Notes: generated by a model not told the origin, from the letters alone. Shown: positions 52,480-62,744, counted from the stretch's first letter. The stretch is 64,000 nt of DNA from Christensenellaceae bacterium (GCA_031259085.1 JAIRMA010000004.1:41088-105087); one strand, 5' to 3'. Translations and numbers: made by a program.

Positions 52480-53550
52480 TCACTCGTCAGAAGCTTGCAA
52501 TTTCTTATTTTTATCTGCTAGCGCTAACGCCTCAATTATTTCAAACATGTCACCGTCTAAAAACTCATCTAGTGAATATAACGTCATCCCTATTCTGTGA
52601 TCTGTCACTCGCCCCTGTGGATAATTATACGTTCGTATGCGCTCAGATCGATCACCAGTGCCTACTTGCATCCGTCTGTTTTCTGCATATTGTTTATCTT
52701 TTTCTGATTGCAGAAATTCATAAATACGTGACTTGAGTATCTTCATTGCCCTATCACGGTTCTTCATTTGGGATCTTTCGTCTTGACAAGCAACAATTAT
52801 CCCCGTTGGCAAATGCGTTATTCTTATAGCACTCTCCGTCTTATTTACATGTTGGCCTCCAGCGCCGCCGCTCCTGTATGTGTCTATTTTGAGATCCTTC
52901 TCGTTAATTTCAACATCTACATCTTCGGCTTCTGGCAACACCGCTACAGTGGCTGTAGACGTATGAATTCTGCCCTGTGATTCTGTCGTTGGCACCCGTT
53001 GAACGCGATGTGCCCCACTCTCATATTTGAGTTTAGAATATGCGCCTTTTCCTGAAATCATTATAACCGCCTCTTTCAAGCCTCCTAATTCGGTTTCGTT
53101 GATTTCCATGTCTTCAGCTTTCCATTTGAGCCGTTCAGCAAAGCGCTTATACATTTTCAAAAGTTCCACCGCAAAAAGCCCAGACTCATCACCACCTGCC
53201 CCAGGTCTAATTTCTAGAATAACATTCTTCTCATCCATTGGGTCTTGTGGCAATAACATCGACTTTAATTCGTTTTCTTTCTCATCCTTTTTATCACGCA
53301 CTTCATAGTATTCTATTTCTGCCATTTCTGCCATTTCTGGATCCGTGCTTTTTATTAATCTACATTCTTCTAGATTTTTTTCAAGGTCTAAGTATTCCAA
53401 ATATAGCTCGATTATAGGTTGTAGGGCAGAATATTCTTTTACATACTTTTGCCATTCGTCTTGTTTTTGAACAATGCTTGCATCAGCTAAAAGGTCTGCC
53501 AATTTTAAAAACCTCAACCTCATCACTTCTAATTTTTCTTTAGCTATCAT
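52480..53550 (-). CDS. prfA: peptide chain release factor 1
   Basis: GGQ ([11 protein letters not shown]) and the RF1-type P-x-T tripeptide ([14 protein letters not shown]). Confidence 0.95.
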   Translation of the reverse strand: MIAKEKLEVMRLRFLKLADLLADASIVQKQDEWQKYVKEYSALQPIIELYLEYLDLEKNLEECRLIKSTDPEMAEMAEIEYYEVRDKKDEKENELKSMLLPQDPMDEKNVILEIRPGAGGDESGLFAVELLKMYKRFAERLKWKAEDMEINETELGGLKEAVIMISGKGAYSKLKYESGAHRVQRVPTTESQGRIHTSTATVAVLPEAEDVDVEINEKDLKIDTYRSGGAGGQHVNKTESAIRITHLPTGIIVACQDERSQMKNRDRAMKILKSRIYEFLQSEKDKQYAENRRMQVGTGDRSERIRTYNYPQGRVTDHRIGMTLYSLDEFLDGDMFEIIEALALADKNKKLQASDE

Positions 53551-53554
53551 TTAA

Positions 53555-55348
53555 TTATATTTCCTCATCTGTCACGACTAATACGCGTTCAATTTGTGGG
53601 GAGTTATAGTCCTTGACCCTTTTTATTGTTTTGTTATTAAAGATGTTTGCAACTAAATCACTTTGGTTTACACCAACCTCTAAAATCAGAGTCCCACCTT
53701 CCCTTAAACATTTTTTGTATCCGGCTTCTATTAATCTATAATAATCTAATCCGTCAGCGCCTCCGTCTAATGCCAGGCGTGGCTCATAGAATTTGACGCT
53801 CTCATCTAAAGTATCTATGTCAGCGGTCGGTATGTATGGAGGATTTATAACCATGATATCATAGATGTCATCTATCTTTTCAAACATATCACTTTGTATA
53901 AATTTGACTTTTGCCTCTATTTTTTCAGCATTTTCCTTAGCTAAAGCCAAGGCACACTCTGAAATATCTGTAGCTACTACTTCCAGATTAAGGGTTTTAG
54001 AAACACTTGCTGCTACTATCCCTGAACCTGTACATAACTCAATTACTTTTGGATTCTCATACCTTTTAGAAGCATCTATAACCTCACCTACTAATAATTC
54101 AGATTCAGGGCGAGCAACAAGTGCACGGTTATCTGCTTTAAACAAAAAGCCATAGAACATTACTTCACCTAACGCGTATTGTAGAGGAAGTCCCCTTACT
54201 CTGTCTTTAGATACAGCTAGTGCTTTATCAAACTGTAAACTAGTAATTCTTGATGTTTTTATTTCTGATCTTTTTGAAATTCCAATTGTGGACATTAGAA
54301 TTTCCTCTGCTTCATCTTGATAAACTTCCCCTAAAAGCTTTCTTAATTCATCTATTGCAGTTTTAGAATTAATGATTGTTACAAATCTTGACTCCTCAAT
54401 TGTCAGATCCTCCTCCATTTCTAAAACTGTTTGAAATGCTTTAATTGCAACTTCGAGCATCGTTTTATCTGGTTCTCTAGTCGTAACTTTTTGGAGAAGC
54501 AATCCTGGCGCTTTAATGATCCGAACGAATGGATTATCAAATTTTGCAAGAAACATTAAAACCTCATAACTTATACCTGCTACAAGTGGAATTCCTGCTA
54601 ATCTTATAAGCATACGTAGCCATAACTCTTGCCAGCCAAAAAATGAAAAGAATATGATTCCTAACACCATTACTAAAATCATGAATGTGGTGCCGCATCT
54701 ATCATGAATTCTGCTCATTTTCGCAGCATTTTCAACTGTTAATGGTAATCCATGCTCGTAGCAACTTATTGTCTTATGCTCTGCGCCGTGATAAGAAAAC
54801 AAGCGTTTTATGTCTTTCATTATAGTGCACAACAAAATGTATAATACAAATATAATTATCCTAATAACTCCACTTGTTAAATTTTTAATTATACTTTGTG
54901 AGATGGCACTTATTTTATCTAATGACACTAATGAATAAATTCCATCTGTAATCCAATTTGGCAATAAAATGAACAGTCCTACAGCTAATACAATACCGAG
55001 CAAAACACCGATTGCCCCAATAATAGACATAAGGTTCAATTTTAGCTTCTCCGCAAGCCACACTTCGAATTTTGATGGAGCCGTATCTGATGCGTCACCA
55101 TAGACTTCAGCCGCCCTCATTAGCGTTTTCATTCCTGTTGTCATGCTGATAACAAAAGAAAGAATGCCTCGTATAATCGGGACTTTAAATATTTTTGACC
55201 TTTCAACTAGTGGTTTAAATCTAATACTCTCAGTTTGAATCTGTCCCATTGGGTCGCGAACGCAAGTTGCCATAACACTCTTCCCGCGCATCATGACACC
55301 TTCAATTACAGCCTGTCCACCAATTTTAGTTAGTTTTTTCTTTTCCAT
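53555..55348 (-). CDS. prmC: fusion protein: DUF1385 membrane protein (N-terminal) plus release-factor glutamine methyltransferase PrmC (C-terminal)
   Basis: The N-terminal roughly 300 aa has GGQAVIEGVMMRG and YHGAEHKTI (DUF1385 hallmarks) plus TM helices. The C-terminal roughly 290 aa has PLQYALGE, the SAM motif ELCTGSG and NPPY. One continuous frame, 4 nt upstream of prfA. Confidence 0.85.
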   Translation of the reverse strand: MEKKKLTKIGGQAVIEGVMMRGKSVMATCVRDPMGQIQTESIRFKPLVERSKIFKVPIIRGILSFVISMTTGMKTLMRAAEVYGDASDTAPSKFEVWLAEKLKLNLMSIIGAIGVLLGIVLAVGLFILLPNWITDGIYSLVSLDKISAISQSIIKNLTSGVIRIIIFVLYILLCTIMKDIKRLFSYHGAEHKTISCYEHGLPLTVENAAKMSRIHDRCGTTFMILVMVLGIIFFSFFGWQELWLRMLIRLAGIPLVAGISYEVLMFLAKFDNPFVRIIKAPGLLLQKVTTREPDKTMLEVAIKAFQTVLEMEEDLTIEESRFVTIINSKTAIDELRKLLGEVYQDEAEEILMSTIGISKRSEIKTSRITSLQFDKALAVSKDRVRGLPLQYALGEVMFYGFLFKADNRALVARPESELLVGEVIDASKRYENPKVIELCTGSGIVAASVSKTLNLEVVATDISECALALAKENAEKIEAKVKFIQSDMFEKIDDIYDIMVINPPYIPTADIDTLDESVKFYEPRLALDGGADGLDYYRLIEAGYKKCLREGGTLILEVGVNQSDLVANIFNNKTIKRVKDYNSPQIERVLVVTDEEI

Positions 55349-55967
55349 ATGCGAATTCCTATTTCTTTAAACCGTGCAAGCGTTTGCATTTGTTAAGTGC
55401 CTTTGTTTTATTAGATTTTAGATTGTCCACTCATCGTGTTCTTCACCGCATTGATGTGCAACATTCTTTATTTTAAAGCACTTTACATTAAAGCTCCCCA
55501 ATTAAATTTTAACAATTGCTCATTTTTACTTTTTACATAATCCACAAAATGTTTTATATTGTGGATTGATTATGCCTTCATTTTATATTATCATTGTATT
55601 AATGCTAATTAACAATTGAATCAAAAGCTAGTTAACCATAAACCATTATGTTTTCAATTTCAATACTGATTTTATACTATTTTGTTCTCATTTAACTAAA
55701 CAACAGAAAATGAAATGTTTAAAAAAAAAATTGTTTTATCAAAAATGCAGGTATATACGAATGACTGCTCATTAGATTCTTGAAATTAGTTTTTCTATGC
55801 CTTATATATGATTATAACTATGCATAACAAATTTAAAAGTTTTTTAACAAAAAACGCGGCTTAAGTCTAGATTAATACTAAACCTCATGCACGCGCCTTC
55901 ATTAACGTTGTCAATATAGTTATGATCTAGCAAAAAAAAGCTTCACTAGTTATACGTATTTTGCTAA

Positions 55968-56174
55968 TTAGTTAAGTCCATAACGCTTACGGAACTTATC
56001 AACGCGACCTCCAGTATCTACTATCTTTTGCTTCCCTGTGTAAAATGGATGGCATTGATTGCATATATCTACTTTCATTGCGTTTGTTTTTTTAGTAGTC
56101 CCAGTTTTAAAAGTTGCTCCGCATGCACAGACCACATCAGTCTGGTAATACGCTGGATGAATGTTCTCTTTCAT
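55968..56174 (-). CDS. rpmE: 50S ribosomal protein L31 (Cys4 zinc type)
   Basis: MKENIHP start, CxC...[12 protein letters not shown]. Start reassigned to the ATG at 56172-56174; the track uses an upstream TTG. Confidence 0.9.
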   Translation of the reverse strand: MKENIHPAYYQTDVVCACGATFKTGTTKKTNAMKVDICNQCHPFYTGKQKIVDTGGRVDKFRKRYGLN

Positions 56175-56680
56175 GACATATATCCTCAAATATTTTTAGT
56201 TAATAACAGCGACGCAATGCGTCGCTTATTTTAGTATATATCATTATATATAAATCAATATGTTTTGTCAAATAATTAACACGCTCTTTTATAGCCCTAT
56301 TTTTGACAAAATGGCTGAGTTACTAAGAATACCTCAGTCAAATAAATTGATCATAGCGGTTGTTTATAATGAGGTTTTTTAACTAGAGCATATTCTAGGA
56401 CTTCTGTTCAATAGCGATGATTTTATAGCGGCTTAGATTGAACCATTTCATACCCCTCTTAAAGATTCATAACGGGGATATGCACATAAATTAGACGAAC
56501 CAGAAGATAACTCTATGTTGTTTACAAACAATTTATCATCAACACGTCGAAGAATTCAAAGAAAACAAACAAGAGGTATTAGAGCGAGGCAATGAGTTCA
56601 ATGGATCGAAGACGTAATCCAAAAAGGTATGACAAACCTTTGCAAATTTAGAATTCTTTGTCATTTAGATATTTAAATTG

Positions 56681-56710
56681 TTGCATAAATTCACTATATT
56701 ATGATATACT
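56681..56710 (+). promoter_or_regulatory. promoter of the SCIFF operon
   Basis: TTGCAT (56681-56686), 18-nt spacer ending in TGA (extended -10), TATACT (56705-56710). GGGGAG SD at 56728-56733. Confidence 0.5.
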
Positions 56711-56740
56711 ATTTGAATAAAGCCCTTGGGGAGATTTCTT

Positions 56741-56920
56741 ATGAAACATATTAAAACTATTGTTTTTAAATCACTTGTGAAAGACGGGAATATTGGGTGT
56801 GGAGAGTGTCAGGCTAGTTGTCAATCAGCTTGTAAAACTAGCTGTACTGTAGGAAATCAAATTTGCAAGCGTGATGAAAAAATTAACGTTAAAACTAATA
56901 AGCAAAGTTTAACTATTTAG
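56741..56920 (+). CDS. SCIFF (six-cysteine) ranthipeptide precursor
   Basis: MKHIKT... leader and the core GCGECQASCQSACKTSCTVGNQIC match the highly conserved SCIFF pattern. Start set at ATG 56741. Carries a 17-residue tail after the last Cys. Confidence 0.85.
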   Translation: MKHIKTIVFKSLVKDGNIGCGECQASCQSACKTSCTVGNQICKRDEKINVKTNKQSLTI

Positions 56921-56926
56921 TCTCTC

Positions 56927-58288
56927 GTGGTTCATGCTTTTTCATATAGTCACAATGCCCAAGAATATTTTTTCTTATGGGATATTGAAAGCGGCAGTTT
57001 GCATAATGTAGATTTAGCCGCATTTTTATGTGCAAAGAAAAGATATAATATATCGCTCTCTAATTCCGAAATTGAAACTTATCTACAATTAAATCCTGAT
57101 GTTACTCTAGAAGTTAATAACGAATTAGGAGCACTTGAAGAAGCAGGGGCTTTAAATGCCACTAAAACCATCGCTACATTTAGAAAAAAAACACAACATG
57201 TGAAGGCTCTTTGTCTACATATCTGTCATGATTGCAATATGCGTTGTGGTTATTGTTTTGCGGATGGGGGAGCATATAATTGTGGGATAGCACATATGTC
57301 TAGAGACGTGGGCTTTGCAGCAGTGGATTTTCTCATACAAAACTCAGGAAATAGACGCAATTTAGAAATAGACTTCTTCGGTGGGGAACCACTTCTTAAT
57401 TTTGATACTGTAAAAGCCATTGTCGCTTACGCTAAATCTCTTGCTATTAAACATAATAAACAGTTTTCTTTTACTCTCACTACTAATTGCATTAGATTAG
57501 ATAAATCTACAGCAGAATACCTCAATCGTGAAATGTCAAATGTGGTTTTAAGTATAGATGGTAGACGAAAGGTCCATGACGCGGTTCGTCGTGCCGTTTG
57601 TGAGAATGGAACCTATGATGACGTAGTTAAAAACGCATTATTCTTTAAACAAATTAGAGGTAGTTTAAATTATTACGTAAGAGGTACATTTACAGCCAAA
57701 AATTTGGACTTTTCAAATGACGTTATTAAACTTCATGATTTGGGTTTTGATGCAGTCTCTGTAGAGCCTGTAGTGCTAGACAGCAGTCACCCTTTGTCAA
57801 TAAAGACAGATTCAATTGATTTAATTAATCATCAATATGAAATACTATCAGAATATTATCTAAAGGCAAGAGCAAGTGGTGAGAATTTTACATTTTTCCA
57901 TTTTATATTGGACCTTGTGCACGGACCATGCATTGACAAAAGACTTACTGGTTGTGGCGCGGGGACTGAATATTTAGCAGTTTCGCCTGACGGCAAGCTA
58001 TACCCTTGTCATCAGTTCGTTGGGAAAACTGATTTTTGTATGGGCAATGTCTTTGATTTGGGGCTTAATGAAGATTTGCGCACAACATTTTCCAGCATTA
58101 CTGTCTTAAATAAAGAACACTGCGCGGAGTGTCCTGCAAAATATCATTGTGGCGGAGGATGTTTGGCAAATTCATTAAATTTAACAGGCAGTTTAACAGG
58201 ACAATATAAAATTGGATGTTCACTTGCAAAAAAGCGCTTTGAAATCGCATTGGCCTCTGCATTTCTAGAAAATTCTGAGGGGGGATGA
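56927..58288 (+). CDS. SCIFF radical SAM/SPASM maturase
   Basis: CX3CX2C (CNMRCGYC), the SPASM Cys clusters (CGAG...PCHQF; CAECPAKYHCGGGC), and adjacency to the SCIFF precursor. GTG start. Confidence 0.85.
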   Translation: MVHAFSYSHNAQEYFFLWDIESGSLHNVDLAAFLCAKKRYNISLSNSEIETYLQLNPDVTLEVNNELGALEEAGALNATKTIATFRKKTQHVKALCLHICHDCNMRCGYCFADGGAYNCGIAHMSRDVGFAAVDFLIQNSGNRRNLEIDFFGGEPLLNFDTVKAIVAYAKSLAIKHNKQFSFTLTTNCIRLDKSTAEYLNREMSNVVLSIDGRRKVHDAVRRAVCENGTYDDVVKNALFFKQIRGSLNYYVRGTFTAKNLDFSNDVIKLHDLGFDAVSVEPVVLDSSHPLSIKTDSIDLINHQYEILSEYYLKARASGENFTFFHFILDLVHGPCIDKRLTGCGAGTEYLAVSPDGKLYPCHQFVGKTDFCMGNVFDLGLNEDLRTTFSSITVLNKEHCAECPAKYHCGGGCLANSLNLTGSLTGQYKIGCSLAKKRFEIALASAFLENSEGG

Positions 58289-58690
58289 AATTACTCTGTA
58301 ACTTTTAGATTTTCAAAGCCAGTCTGTTTTGTTTGATACATATCCTTATTCAATACATGAGTCATTGTTTTTTTTGCTGTTTTACTAGCACCGACAATTA
58401 GTCTTAGTAAAGTACGCAAGTTTTTGCGGAATAAAAAAAAATTACAATAATCAGATACTAATAAAAAATAATAGTGGCTTTAGCAAAGATATTTAAACTT
58501 TCTTATGTGCTATTAAAATTAGCACAAACAGCACAACTTTTATTGGGATATATAACCATTTCTAATCAATGCAAAATTCAAATCTACCTTTATTTTTAAT
58601 CTTGCGCCGCGAGAAAATTCTGTCATGTGCTTTTTAAGGTTTGTCAAACATTTGCATAAACAAGTGGTAGCTAGGGGTTAATAATGTAAT

Positions 58691-59647
58691 TTATAAAGCA
58701 AGACTAAACGCTGTATATAAGCCTCTTGCCACCGCTATTTTGGGTTCTGGATCGCATTTAACAGGTATTTGCAAATGTTTTTTCATAAAATCTGGTAAGC
58801 CATAAATCTGTGCGCCTACTCCAGCTAAATATATCCCAAATTTGGCAACGTTATTTAGTATTCGAATTGGTAATGTGTTAAGTATGTTTGCTGCTATTTC
58901 CACTATTTTCAAATAGCTATCGTTTATTGGCTCTTTTATACTCTCTGCTTTAACATATATTGGCTTTACCCGATTGTCTATAACATCACGGCCATAGACT
59001 TCCATTGATGAAATATCACCATCATATAGACTTCCAATATTCATGCGCAATGACTCAGCCGCTTTTGCACTTATAACTGCTTCATATTGGTTTTCAATCA
59101 CCTCTATTATCCTATCATCTAATTCCTTACCGCACATATTTATAGCGCACGCTACAACTATTTCATTGTTTGCAATAACCGCAAATTCTGTCATTCCATC
59201 GCCTATTATTATAACTAGCTGTCCTGCTTTGTTTATAACTGGGATCAGCCCTTTTACACTCTCAACTAATGTCACATCCTTATAGCCAGCTTTATTAATT
59301 GTGCTCTCAAACGTTTCTTTCTCTAGATCGGTTAACCCTACAGGAGTTGCTGCCAGAATTTCAATTCCTTTAAAAATAGTGCGCGGGACAACGCGTTTCA
59401 AAAATGATTTCATCATTAATGATGCTACCTTAGGATAAATTATAATCCCATCCTTTACTGGGCTAACTAGTGATCTCTTTGATATAGTGTCTGCACGATA
59501 TTTAAAGGCGTCATTACCCGCAGCTATAAGCTCTAATCCATTACTTCGTTGCACAAAAGCCACTGTTGCTTCATTGAGCACAGGTCCGTTATGATAAATC
59601 GAAGTATATGAAGATCCTATATCTACCACATAACGTAATTTAGGCAT
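58691..59647 (-). CDS. divergent MreB/actin-like protein
   Basis: Colinear with MreB (DIGSSYTSIY, SPVKDGII, IIIGDGMTEFAVI, GIYLAGVGAQIYGL, VARG), but the nucleotide-binding motifs are substituted. Lies downstream of maf, as in many Firmicutes. Confidence 0.7.
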   Translation of the reverse strand: MPKLRYVVDIGSSYTSIYHNGPVLNEATVAFVQRSNGLELIAAGNDAFKYRADTISKRSLVSPVKDGIIIYPKVASLMMKSFLKRVVPRTIFKGIEILAATPVGLTDLEKETFESTINKAGYKDVTLVESVKGLIPVINKAGQLVIIIGDGMTEFAVIANNEIVVACAINMCGKELDDRIIEVIENQYEAVISAKAAESLRMNIGSLYDGDISSMEVYGRDVIDNRVKPIYVKAESIKEPINDSYLKIVEIAANILNTLPIRILNNVAKFGIYLAGVGAQIYGLPDFMKKHLQIPVKCDPEPKIAVARGLYTAFSLAL

Positions 59648-59683
59648 TTATAACTCCTCAAAGAATTTTTTTTAGTGCTGTTC

Positions 59684-60241
59684 TCAGCTCTTAGCCCCGA
59701 GCTTTATTAAAATCTCATTCACTTTTGAAATAGGTAGTCCCATAATATTTGAAAAAGAACCATTAAAACATTCAACGACAACACCATCTTGAATAGCATA
59801 TGCCCCAGCTTTATCTAACAGATCATGTGTTGCAATATAATTTTCTATATCCTCTTGAGTTAAGGAATGAAACTTAACATTAGAGGTTTCATGCTCAATT
59901 ACTTCAACACCTTTGAAATTTATGGCTATTCCTGAGTACACTTCATGAGTCTTACCCTCAAGATAGGTCAGAATCTGGATGGCGTCTGCCTTATCCTTTG
60001 GTTTGCCTAGATAAAGTCCATTACAATAAACCAATGTATCTGCCGCAATCACTAACTCATAGCCAGTGTTTTTTTCTACCGCAACTCTCAATTTTCGTTT
60101 AGCAATTTCCTTTACGGTGTCCTCTGGCATTAACCCCTCATAATTCTCATCTATGCATGTTTTATATACATCAAATGAAAGAAAAATGGCTTTTAACAGC
60201 TCTTTCCTTCTTGGTGATTCTGAAGCCAATAAAATACGCAT
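59684..60241 (-). CDS. maf: Maf-like nucleoside triphosphate pyrophosphatase
   Basis: ILASESPRRKELL start and GAYAIQ motif. Confidence 0.85.
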   Translation of the reverse strand: MRILLASESPRRKELLKAIFLSFDVYKTCIDENYEGLMPEDTVKEIAKRKLRVAVEKNTGYELVIAADTLVYCNGLYLGKPKDKADAIQILTYLEGKTHEVYSGIAINFKGVEVIEHETSNVKFHSLTQEDIENYIATHDLLDKAGAYAIQDGVVVECFNGSFSNIMGLPISKVNEILIKLGAKS

Positions 60242-60244
60242 AAA

Positions 60245-61768
60245 TTAAAGAATTTCTAAATTCTTCTTGAATGCCCGTCTGAATTCGTTAAATGCACATA
60301 GTGCATCTTTTATCTCTAAGGTGCAATCTCCTAATGTCTTTGTTCTTAAAATAACAGCGTCGCCTAATATATCACAACTAATTCCTGTAATTAGTCCGTT
60401 TCTACTTCTGTCAAAGCTCTCTGCTATTCTTACAATAACACCAAGTTTACGTATTGCATCAAGCATCCCTTCATCAAACAACTCCAAATATTTAGATAAG
60501 TCTAACGTTTCTAGCGTGTCACGCGAATGCAAACCTGCGACCATGGCAGCTGCAATTAAATCTTTTTGTGCCATCCCATATAAGTTACTATTAAGTATTA
60601 AATACATGCTATGCTTGTGATGTTCATAAAATTTTATACTACTACCACAATCATGTAACATGCTTGCAACCCGCATAATTCTTAAATGTGTACGTCCTAA
60701 CTTGTGTAACACTTTCAATTGACGGAATAATTGAAGTGAAAGCTCAAATACATGTTCGGCATGTTTTACATTCATATTAAAGTGATATAACATGTTGTAT
60801 ATGCCATGCCCTAGAATATCAGTTATTGGCTTTTCAACCACAAGTGGACAGGCGGCTTTAAATAAAGCTCCTTCTCTAAGGCCAGCTCCACCTATGCGGA
60901 TTTCTTGATTAACAAGAGAAGAACCTATTTTGTTTTTAATTGTTGAAATAATGGAGAGTGCAGCAGGGAAAATATCGGCTCTAGCACTCGAAAGACCTTT
61001 TATCTTCATTATTTTTTCTGTTTCTAAAGGCTTAATTGTATCATAAATAGTGTCAAATTCTTCAAACGGTACAATATAATTGTGTGCCATGTCCAATGGA
61101 TATTTCTTAAGGCGTCTGCTAATTTTCCCTAAATTGCGAATAGAACCACCTACTCCTACAAAAACAGTATCAGAATCTATATTAGTTAAAAAATTAGCAC
61201 TTTCTAGTGCGTCAGAGACAAATTTCTCAATGAGCTCAGCTCTTTCCTCAGGAGTTCCCTGCTTGGCAAAACGCTCCGTCAAAGTGACTGCCCCAAATGG
61301 AAGTGTTTCTTGGGATACTAGGACTCGTCTATTGTATTGGATGATTTTTATGCTCCCCCCACCAATATCAACTATTATACCTTTGTGTACATCTAAGGAA
61401 TTTATAACCCCATAATACACAAGCAACGCTTCTTCTTCTTGTGATAAAACTGTTAATTTTATGCCACACGCGCTTAAAACTTCTTCTACAAAACTCTTTT
61501 GGTTTTTGGCCCGTCGCACTGCTGCAGTTGCAAAAGCTAAGACCTCATCGACCTCATGGCTCTCATAAAGAGACCTAAATGTTCGGAGTGTTTTTATCGT
61601 TTGTGAAATACGTAGCGGACGCAAAAATCCGTCTACTTCCATATCTTGTCCTAATCTAACAGGCTCCTTTAATTCGTCTATTACTGTGAAATAACCACCG
61701 TCTAGAACTTCTGCTATAACAAGCCGAGCTGAATTTGAGCCTAAATCTATAATTGCAATTTTTGTCAT
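60245..61768 (-). CDS. Ppx/GppA family phosphatase with C-terminal HD domain
   Basis: IAIIDLGSNSARL and DIGGGS actin-fold motifs; HD region MLHDCG. Start set at MTKIAIID (ATG at 61766-61768); the track ORF extends to 61819 and would overlap the upstream gene. Confidence 0.8.
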   Translation of the reverse strand: MTKIAIIDLGSNSARLVIAEVLDGGYFTVIDELKEPVRLGQDMEVDGFLRPLRISQTIKTLRTFRSLYESHEVDEVLAFATAAVRRAKNQKSFVEEVLSACGIKLTVLSQEEEALLVYYGVINSLDVHKGIIVDIGGGSIKIIQYNRRVLVSQETLPFGAVTLTERFAKQGTPEERAELIEKFVSDALESANFLTNIDSDTVFVGVGGSIRNLGKISRRLKKYPLDMAHNYIVPFEEFDTIYDTIKPLETEKIMKIKGLSSARADIFPAALSIISTIKNKIGSSLVNQEIRIGGAGLREGALFKAACPLVVEKPITDILGHGIYNMLYHFNMNVKHAEHVFELSLQLFRQLKVLHKLGRTHLRIMRVASMLHDCGSSIKFYEHHKHSMYLILNSNLYGMAQKDLIAAAMVAGLHSRDTLETLDLSKYLELFDEGMLDAIRKLGVIVRIAESFDRSRNGLITGISCDILGDAVILRTKTLGDCTLEIKDALCAFNEFRRAFKKNLEIL

Positions 61769-61787
61769 GCTATTACCATCTTCCTTA

Positions 61788-62744
61788 TCAGTTAACCTTA
61801 TTTTTAATATTACCATCAATAAATGCTTTAAAATTGCTTACCGTAATTTGCATTAATCTTTTTCGCGCCTCGATGGTGGCCCACGCAGTGTGTGGTGTAA
61901 TAAACGCGTTTTTTGCGGTAAGTAATGGATTGTCTTCTTTAGGGGGTTCAATACTTAAGACATCTAACCCAGCTGCGGCTAAATATCCATTGTTTAACGC
62001 CTCAGCTAGTGCCAGTTCATCAATCAGAGCACCTCGTGCCGTATTTATGAGTATAGCACCTTTTTTCATTTTAAGGATTGACGTTGAATTTATCATTTTT
62101 TCATTGTCTGCTGTTAACGGACAATTTAAAGAGATAATGTCTGATTTTGCAAATAATTCATCACAAGTACTAACATAAGTTACGTTTTCTTTGGGCTCAA
62201 ATGCCTTTCCCTTATTAAAAACCAAAATTTTAGCGCCAAGCACTAACATTACATCTGCTAACTTCCGTCCGATCCGCCCAAACCCAATTATCCCTACTGT
62301 TTTATTAGAAATTTCATGGTAATCTGTTGGATAATAAGAAAAATCTTGTGATCTTTGCCAAACACCTCTCTGAACGCTTGCAATCTGCTCTGAGAGTTTT
62401 GACATGCAGTTTATAATCAGACCTACTATTGATTGTACGACGCTATCAGTACTATACGCAGGAACATTACATACAACGATGCCGCGCGAAGTTGCATATT
62501 TACAATCAACTACATTGTAGCCTGTAGCTAATACTCCTATGTATTTTAATTGGGGTAAAACTTCAATTTCTTTCTTATTTAGAATGCATTTGTTGGTAAA
62601 CACAGCATCGGCATCTTTAGAACGTTCTACTATTAGTGCGGCAGGCGTACGGTCATAAACGCATAATTCCCCATATGCGCCTAATTCATCCCACGACAAA
62701 TCTCCAGAATTTAAAGTGTGTCCATCTAGAATAACAAGCTTCAT
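61788..62744 (-). CDS. D-isomer-specific 2-hydroxyacid dehydrogenase (glycerate dehydrogenase-like)
   Basis: NAD motif GIIGFGRIGRKLA plus the catalytic Arg/Glu/His blocks (NTARG; ITPHTAW). Confidence 0.85.
   Translation of the reverse strand: MKLVILDGHTLNSGDLSWDELGAYGELCVYDRTPAALIVERSKDADAVFTNKCILNKKEIEVLPQLKYIGVLATGYNVVDCKYATSRGIVVCNVPAYSTDSVVQSIVGLIINCMSKLSEQIASVQRGVWQRSQDFSYYPTDYHEISNKTVGIIGFGRIGRKLADVMLVLGAKILVFNKGKAFEPKENVTYVSTCDELFAKSDIISLNCPLTADNEKMINSTSILKMKKGAILINTARGALIDELALAEALNNGYLAAAGLDVLSIEPPKEDNPLLTAKNAFITPHTAWATIEARKRLMQITVSNFKAFIDGNIKNKVN

Noticed and set aside
53315-53339. 9-bp tandem repeat (ATTTCTGCC, about 2.8 copies) inside prfA, considered as a slippage or phase-variation site.
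   Set aside because: The unit length is a multiple of three (it encodes EMAEMAE), so slippage would stay in frame. It lies in a variable N-terminal region of RF1.
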